NCBI GenBank assembly: GCA_017436525.1
Contig: JAFSCX010000019.1
Span: 11,155-75,154 of the forward strand
Length of the DNA stretch: 64,000 nt
Direction of reading: 5' to 3'
Source: Clostridia bacterium
GTDB lineage: Bacteria; Bacillota; Clostridia; Oscillospirales; QAKW01
Of this stretch, positions 55,399 to 64,000 are shown in pieces. The position numbers were made by a program, and so were the translations under genes. The notes under the pieces are model-generated. The model was not told the origin of the DNA. It did no database searches and saw only the letters and a list, made by a program, of their open reading frames with translations. The stretch's first letter is position 1, and every line of letters starts with the position of its first letter.

Positions 55399-57465
55399 AT
55401 GCGCTTGCTGCGGAAGTGGAATATCAGACAACAAAATAGCCAAGATGTAGAATCCCTTCGCAAGGCGCTTGGATGTTCTCATTTTTTTGCGAGAATCCTC
55501 ATCAATCGTGGTTATATTACTACTGATGATGCTTCGGCCTTTTTGAAGGCAGATTCCTCTGTGTTGGGGGATCCCTATCTCTTTAAGGCGATGGACTATA
55601 CCGCCGCGCGGATCGAAAAAGCAATTTTGCAAAAGGAACGTATCACCGTTTACGGCGATTATGATGTGGATGGCATTACCGCCACCAGCTTAATGGTGAA
55701 AGCGATTCGTGAGCTTGGCGGTGTGGTGGATTATTATATTCCGAATCGCTTTGATGAGGGATACGGTGTCAATTCCTCGGCGGTAGAGAAAATTGCCAAG
55801 CGGGGCACAAAGCTGATTATTACTGTGGATACCGGTATCACCGCTGTAGATGAGGTGGAATATGCAAAGAATCTGGGAATAGAGGTTATCATTACCGATC
55901 ACCATGAATGCCAAGCAGAGCTTCCGAAGACAACGATTGTCAACCCGAAACAGCCGGATAGCGGTTATCCTTTCCCTCATCTTGCAGGGGTTGGAGTGGT
56001 ATATAAGATTGCATGTGCGCTGGATGCCCGGTATGGAAAGGGCGACGGCGCTCGTCGCTATGCGCCTTTGGCTGCCATCGGCACTGTAGCTGATATTATG
56101 CCGCTGATCGGAGAAAATCGTTATATTGTCCGCAGCGGCCTTGCGGATTTGCGGAATACGGGCTGTAAGGGCCTCGATAAAATGATTGAACGCTGCTTGG
56201 GAGAAAAACCCATTGATACAGCCGCCATCAGCTTTATGATTGCGCCTCGTATCAATGCGGCAGGTCGATTGGGAAACGCCGAGACCGGAGTGGAGCTTTT
56301 GATCACGGAAGATGAAGCACGTGCTGAGCAGATTGTGGAGCAGCTTTGCAGAGAAAATAATCGTAGGCAGGAGATTGAAAACCGTATTTTGACGGATGCG
56401 ATCGCTTTGATGGAAAAAGATCCTCTTGCCGATAAGCGCAGTGCGATTGTTCTTTGGCAAAAGGATTGGCATAATGGCGTAGTGGGCATTGTGGCCTCTC
56501 GCTTGAAGGATCGGTATATGAAGCCCTGCTTCCTCTTTTCCTTGAATGAGGAATTTGCCAAAGGATCCGGCCGTAGTATGCAACCTTTTAATCTTTTTGA
56601 TGCTTTGACCAATATTTCCGATACCTGCGAAAAATTCGGCGGTCATACGCTTGCGGCAGGTGTCTTGGTTAAGCGAAATCGATTGAGAGAATTTCGCGAT
56701 GCTTTATGCAAAGAAGTGGATCGGTTCTTAGAGTCCAATACATTTGATTGCAGCATTGATATTGATTGTGAGCTGCAGGATGGAGATCTGAATCTTAATA
56801 ATATTAAAGCGTTGGATGCTTTGGCACCCTTTGGAAGAAAAAATTCATTGCCGATTTTCTGCATGCGAAAAGTGCGCTTGCTGGGAGCAACGCCTACCGC
56901 CAACGGCAATCATATGCGCCTTACCCTTCAATGCGGCCATCTGAGAACCACCGCCTTTTATTTCAATGTGGCGCCTAAGGACTTTTGCTATCAGCCCGGA
57001 GATTTGATTGACATTGTATTTGAAGCAGAGATCAATACTTATAATGGGCGGCAAAGCGTGCAGCTTTCTTTGAAAGATGTCCGCAGCAGCAGATGCGGGG
57101 AAAAAAGCGTGCGGGAGCAGATGGGTCGGCTCTCGGCCGGAGCAGTATATTCTGAAGATGTGCCTTCAAGAGATGATGCTGTGGCGTTATATCTTTACCT
57201 CAAAAGGCAGGTAGAGAAAGAACGCTTGAAATTAGATTTTTATACGTTGCCCGAATATATTGAGAAGGAGCAGCGATATAATCTATCCTATACGAAGACC
57301 CATTATTCCCTTGAAATTTTACGCGAACTTGGTGTCATTGAGTATGAGAGTGATGGGGTTTATATATCAGAACTGAAGATCTATCCCGAAGTGCGAGTAA
57401 GCCTTCGGGATTCGGAAATATTGAGAAATATCTCAAAAAAGGCAGGTGAGCATGCATGGTCTTAG
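55399..57465 (+). CDS. recJ: Single-stranded-DNA-specific exonuclease RecJ
   Basis: DHH motifs (GDYDVDGITA, VDTGIT, ITDHH) and the DHHA1 domain, 688 aa. Confidence 0.93.
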   Translation: MRLLRKWNIRQQNSQDVESLRKALGCSHFFARILINRGYITTDDASAFLKADSSVLGDPYLFKAMDYTAARIEKAILQKERITVYGDYDVDGITATSLMVKAIRELGGVVDYYIPNRFDEGYGVNSSAVEKIAKRGTKLIITVDTGITAVDEVEYAKNLGIEVIITDHHECQAELPKTTIVNPKQPDSGYPFPHLAGVGVVYKIACALDARYGKGDGARRYAPLAAIGTVADIMPLIGENRYIVRSGLADLRNTGCKGLDKMIERCLGEKPIDTAAISFMIAPRINAAGRLGNAETGVELLITEDEARAEQIVEQLCRENNRRQEIENRILTDAIALMEKDPLADKRSAIVLWQKDWHNGVVGIVASRLKDRYMKPCFLFSLNEEFAKGSGRSMQPFNLFDALTNISDTCEKFGGHTLAAGVLVKRNRLREFRDALCKEVDRFLESNTFDCSIDIDCELQDGDLNLNNIKALDALAPFGRKNSLPIFCMRKVRLLGATPTANGNHMRLTLQCGHLRTTAFYFNVAPKDFCYQPGDLIDIVFEAEINTYNGRQSVQLSLKDVRSSRCGEKSVREQMGRLSAGAVYSEDVPSRDDAVALYLYLKRQVEKERLKLDFYTLPEYIEKEQRYNLSYTKTHYSLEILRELGVIEYESDGVYISELKIYPEVRVSLRDSEILRNISKKAGEHAWS

Positions 57466-59624
57466 AAGATAAATTGTTTTCTGATTTTCGCGCTGTTTTA
57501 GAAAAAGATGATCGTAAATTCGATTTGGAGAAAATTGAACGGGCTTATGTGCGCGCCAGAGGGTGCCACGAGGGCCAGACTCGTTCTTCCGGCGAGGCTT
57601 ATGTATGCCATCCGATTGAAGTGGCGAAGTTGGTTTATGAATTCGGGCTTGACAGCGATTCCATTGCCGCCGCCTTTCTTCATGATACCATTGAAGATAC
57701 GGAGCTGACTTTTGATGAGGTAAAAAAAGAATTTGGCTTGGATTGCGCGAATCTGGTGGATGGCGTTACCAAACTGGGGAAGATCGCCTATACCACGAAG
57801 GAAGAGGCGCAGATTGAATATCTTCGCAAGATGTTTCTTGCGATGGCCAAGGATATCCGCGTTATATTGATTAAGCTGGCGGATCGGCTTCATAATGTGA
57901 GGACATTGGCGGCCCGCCCGAAAGAAAAGCAACTGAACACGGCAAAGGAAACTTTAGAAATCTATGCACCCTTAGCCCATCGCTTAGGAATGCAGAAGGT
58001 TAAATTGGAAATGGAGGATATCTCCATCTCTTATCTCGATCCGGAAGGATGTAAGATGATTCATGAACGGCTGAAGGAATTTGAAAATGTCGGTCAGGAG
58101 TTTTTGGATAATACCCGCAATAACATTTGCGAAAAATTAAAGGCATATGAGATTCCTTTTGAATTGAGCTATCGGGTGAAGCATACATTCAGCATCTATC
58201 GCAAGATGTTTCAGCAGAATAAGAGCTTTGAGGAATTATATGATTTATATGCATTTCGCTTAATTGTTGATTCCATTACCGATTGCTATTATCTTTTGGG
58301 CGCGATTCATGATCTTTATAACCCCATTCCGGGCCGTTTTAAGGATTATATCTCAACGCCTAAGCCCAATATGTATCAATCTTTGCATACTACCGTAATC
58401 GGAAAAGAGGGAATTCCATTTGAAGTGCAGATCCGTACATGGGATATGCATAATACTGCTGAATACGGTATCGCAGCCCATTGGAAATATAAGGGCGGGA
58501 TCCAAGGCGGCAGTGCATCTTTGGATGATAAGCTGAAATGGGTCCGCACTCTTATGGAATCCCAGGAGGAAGTATCGGATACAGAGGATTTTATCAAAGC
58601 CTTAAAGATTGATCTTTTTGATGATGAGGTCTTTGTCTTTACGCCTAAAGGGGATGTGGTGAATCTTCCTGCAGGGGCCACTGTTATTGATTTTGCTTAT
58701 GCAATTCATAGTGCGGTGGGAAATCGCATGGTCGGCGCAAAGGTCAATGGAAAGATCGTGGGATTGGAATATACGCCTAAAAACGGAGAAATTATTGAGA
58801 TTCTTACCTCTTCCTCTGAAAATCGAGGGCCGTCCCGAGATTGGCTGAAAATTGTCAAAACCAGTGAAGCGAAGAATAAGATCCGCCATTGGATTAAAAG
58901 AGAGCGGCGGGATGAGAATATTGCTACCGGTATGGAAGAGCTGGAAAAAGCTCTGCGCCGCAGCGGGATTCGCTTGGATAAGGATGCTCGCGAGGAAATA
59001 CTGGGCATCATTTCCGAACGCCTTCATTTTAATGGCTTGGAGGATCTGTATGCCGCTATCGGTTATGGCGGTATCACCGTAACGAAGGTGGAGCATCGGA
59101 TCCGCGATTATTGCGATCAGCTTGAGCGGGAGAATCGCCCGGTTAAAATTAAGACCTCGAAGCCTCGCACCAGCGCCGGCGGTGTAGTGGTAGAGGGTAT
59201 CGATAATTGCTTGATCAAGTTTGCTAAGTGCTGCAATCCATTGCCCGGAGATTATATCTGCGGATTTATTACCCGTGGCTATGGGGTATCCGTGCATAAG
59301 ACGGATTGTATCAATGCACGGGATGGAATGGAGCGCGAGCCGGAGCGGTGGTTGAAGGCAAGCTGGGATGCGCAAGTAGAGAGCCATTTTACAACCACCT
59401 TGATGATCCATGTGAAGGATGCAATCGGCGTTATGGCGGATCTCACCCGTATACTGGCCGATCTTAAGGTTAATATCCGAGGAATTCAATCTCGCGAAGA
59501 AGGCGAGGGGGTATCGGTGGTAACTTTGAGCATTGAAGTAAAAAGTCTGGATCATTTGAAATTCATTACCTCTAAAATCAAAAAGGATTCCGATGTGATT
59601 GATATTCAGCGGATGAACCAGTAA
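57456..59624 (+). CDS. relA: Bifunctional (p)ppGpp synthetase/hydrolase (RelA/SpoT homolog)
   Basis: HD hydrolase domain (HPIEVA, LHDTIEDT), synthetase domain (YxSLHTTV), and TGS and ACT domains, 722 aa. Confidence 0.95.
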   Translation: MVLEDKLFSDFRAVLEKDDRKFDLEKIERAYVRARGCHEGQTRSSGEAYVCHPIEVAKLVYEFGLDSDSIAAAFLHDTIEDTELTFDEVKKEFGLDCANLVDGVTKLGKIAYTTKEEAQIEYLRKMFLAMAKDIRVILIKLADRLHNVRTLAARPKEKQLNTAKETLEIYAPLAHRLGMQKVKLEMEDISISYLDPEGCKMIHERLKEFENVGQEFLDNTRNNICEKLKAYEIPFELSYRVKHTFSIYRKMFQQNKSFEELYDLYAFRLIVDSITDCYYLLGAIHDLYNPIPGRFKDYISTPKPNMYQSLHTTVIGKEGIPFEVQIRTWDMHNTAEYGIAAHWKYKGGIQGGSASLDDKLKWVRTLMESQEEVSDTEDFIKALKIDLFDDEVFVFTPKGDVVNLPAGATVIDFAYAIHSAVGNRMVGAKVNGKIVGLEYTPKNGEIIEILTSSSENRGPSRDWLKIVKTSEAKNKIRHWIKRERRDENIATGMEELEKALRRSGIRLDKDAREEILGIISERLHFNGLEDLYAAIGYGGITVTKVEHRIRDYCDQLERENRPVKIKTSKPRTSAGGVVVEGIDNCLIKFAKCCNPLPGDYICGFITRGYGVSVHKTDCINARDGMEREPERWLKASWDAQVESHFTTTLMIHVKDAIGVMADLTRILADLKVNIRGIQSREEGEGVSVVTLSIEVKSLDHLKFITSKIKKDSDVIDIQRMNQ

Positions 59625-59642
59625 AAGGAGTTTATCAAGAAA

Positions 59643-60089
59643 ATGAGAGCGATTTGCAGCGTTGTGAAAAATGCCGCCTTGCGTGTGGAGGGAGAGCTGA
59701 TTTCGGAAATCGGCAAAGGGATGCTGGTTTTTTGCGGCTTTTCTGAGCAAGATAATAAAGAGTCCATTGAAAAAGCGCTCAAAAAAGTGGCAGGCCTTCG
59801 GGTGATGGACGATGCGGAAGGAAAGCTTAATTGTTCTCTTGCGGATGTGGGAGGGGAGATGCTGTTTGTCTCTAATTTCACTCTTTATGGAGATGTATCG
59901 AAAGGGTTCAGACCTTCCTTCATCCAAAGCATGAAATATGAGCCTGCTCAGGAGCTTTATACCTATGCTTTAGGGCGGCTCGGCGAAATGGGCGTTAAGG
60001 TGAAGGGCGGCGTATTCGGCGGTGATATGAAGATTGAAGCGCTGCATGATGGGCCCATCAATATCATCATCGATAGTGAGGCGCTATAA
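59643..60089 (+). CDS. dtd: D-aminoacyl-tRNA deacylase
   Basis: 148 aa with SNFTLYGD and GPINIIID-type C-terminal motifs. relA-dtd synteny. Confidence 0.9.
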   Translation: MRAICSVVKNAALRVEGELISEIGKGMLVFCGFSEQDNKESIEKALKKVAGLRVMDDAEGKLNCSLADVGGEMLFVSNFTLYGDVSKGFRPSFIQSMKYEPAQELYTYALGRLGEMGVKVKGGVFGGDMKIEALHDGPINIIIDSEAL

Positions 60090-60715
60090 TGAAAATACAT
60101 TGCTATGAAGTGGGAAAATTGCGCAGCAATGCTTATCTTTTAGAGAATGAGCAGACAAAAGAGGGGATTCTCATCGATTGCGGAGGTGAGGGTGCCCACC
60201 TTGCAAGAATGATTGTGCAAAGCGGAATTGATCTTAAGGGGATTCTTTTGACGCACGGCCATGCAGATCATATTGAAGGGGTGGAGGGCTTTTTGAATGC
60301 AATAAAATGCCCTGTTTATATCCATGAAGATGATCTTGCATATCTTGTGAGGCCGGAATGGAATCATTCTCCGGATATTTATGGCAAAGTTATCTGCTTG
60401 GATATCGGCGCGATTTCCCTTCAAGATGGAGAGCAATTGGAATTAGCGGGGCTTACGGTAGAGGTTCTTCATACGCCGGGCCATACTTTGGGTTCGGCTT
60501 GCTTTAAGGTGGAGGATTGCCTTTTTACCGGCGATACGCTCTTTCGAGATACCATTGGCGGTGATTTTCCGCCTCATGGCGATACTGAATTGGAGATTCA
60601 TTCCATTCGCCAAAAATTATTTGCCATTGAAGGGGATTTGATTTGCTATCCCGGCCATGGTGAGCCTACGAGCCTTGATTACGAGCGCAAATTTAATATG
60701 TATTGCAGGATTTGA
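60089..60715 (+). CDS. MBL-fold metallo-hydrolase
   Basis: THGHADH metal-binding motif, 208 aa. Confidence 0.85.
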   Translation: MKIHCYEVGKLRSNAYLLENEQTKEGILIDCGGEGAHLARMIVQSGIDLKGILLTHGHADHIEGVEGFLNAIKCPVYIHEDDLAYLVRPEWNHSPDIYGKVICLDIGAISLQDGEQLELAGLTVEVLHTPGHTLGSACFKVEDCLFTGDTLFRDTIGGDFPPHGDTELEIHSIRQKLFAIEGDLICYPGHGEPTSLDYERKFNMYCRI

Positions 60716-60716
60716 A

Positions 60717-64000
<3,284 letters not shown>

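Overview
This window is a chromosomal core segment from a spore-forming Clostridia-type Firmicute. A dockerin-bearing secreted enzyme points to a cohesin/dockerin-using Oscillospiraceae or Ruminococcaceae-like organism, but no organism can be named from sequence alone. About 55 genes run almost entirely on the + strand.

Gene order, left to right:
- aroK-aroQ-aroA-tyrA-DAHP synthase operon
- RNase P RNA on the minus strand
- murD, translationally coupled to three tandem M42 peptidase paralogs
- smc-ftsY, rph-rdgB, and yhbY-nadD::yqeK-rsfS-leuS
- a tRNA-Gly(UCC)/tRNA-Arg(UCU) pair
- an Ldh-family oxidoreductase and a malic enzyme
- a yybP-ykoY (Mn2+) riboswitch leader in front of a P-type ATPase
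- a 1031-aa secreted multidomain glycerophosphodiesterase ending in a dockerin
- an atypical Ger germinant-receptor locus
- lon-engB, scpA-scpB, and several sporulation genes (ytfJ, DUF2953, dac, DUF421/DUF4363, spoVM, SipL-like)
- an M16 peptidase pair, lgt, folD, recJ-relA-dtd, a hemZ-like gene, and the 5' part of ligA

I recognise no CRISPR array, transposase, integrase or known defence genes.

Two non-coding regions are not explained by ordinary annotation:
1. 19806-19970, directly after the tRNA pair. This is a 165-bp array of eight sequence-unrelated mini-hairpins separated by a conserved heptamer. The heptamer reads ATGTAAT in the left half and ATTACAT, its reverse complement, in the right half. 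An A+T-richer islet with one orphan ORF follows.
2. 26383-26851. A perfect 31-bp terminator hairpin is duplicated 424 bp apart, bracketing a hairpin-dense non-coding segment.

Two small genes and one end-truncated gene are missing from the ORF track: spoVM (26 aa), a 50-aa membrane peptide, and ligA.

All protein assignments rest on motif and family recognition by eye. No database search was possible.
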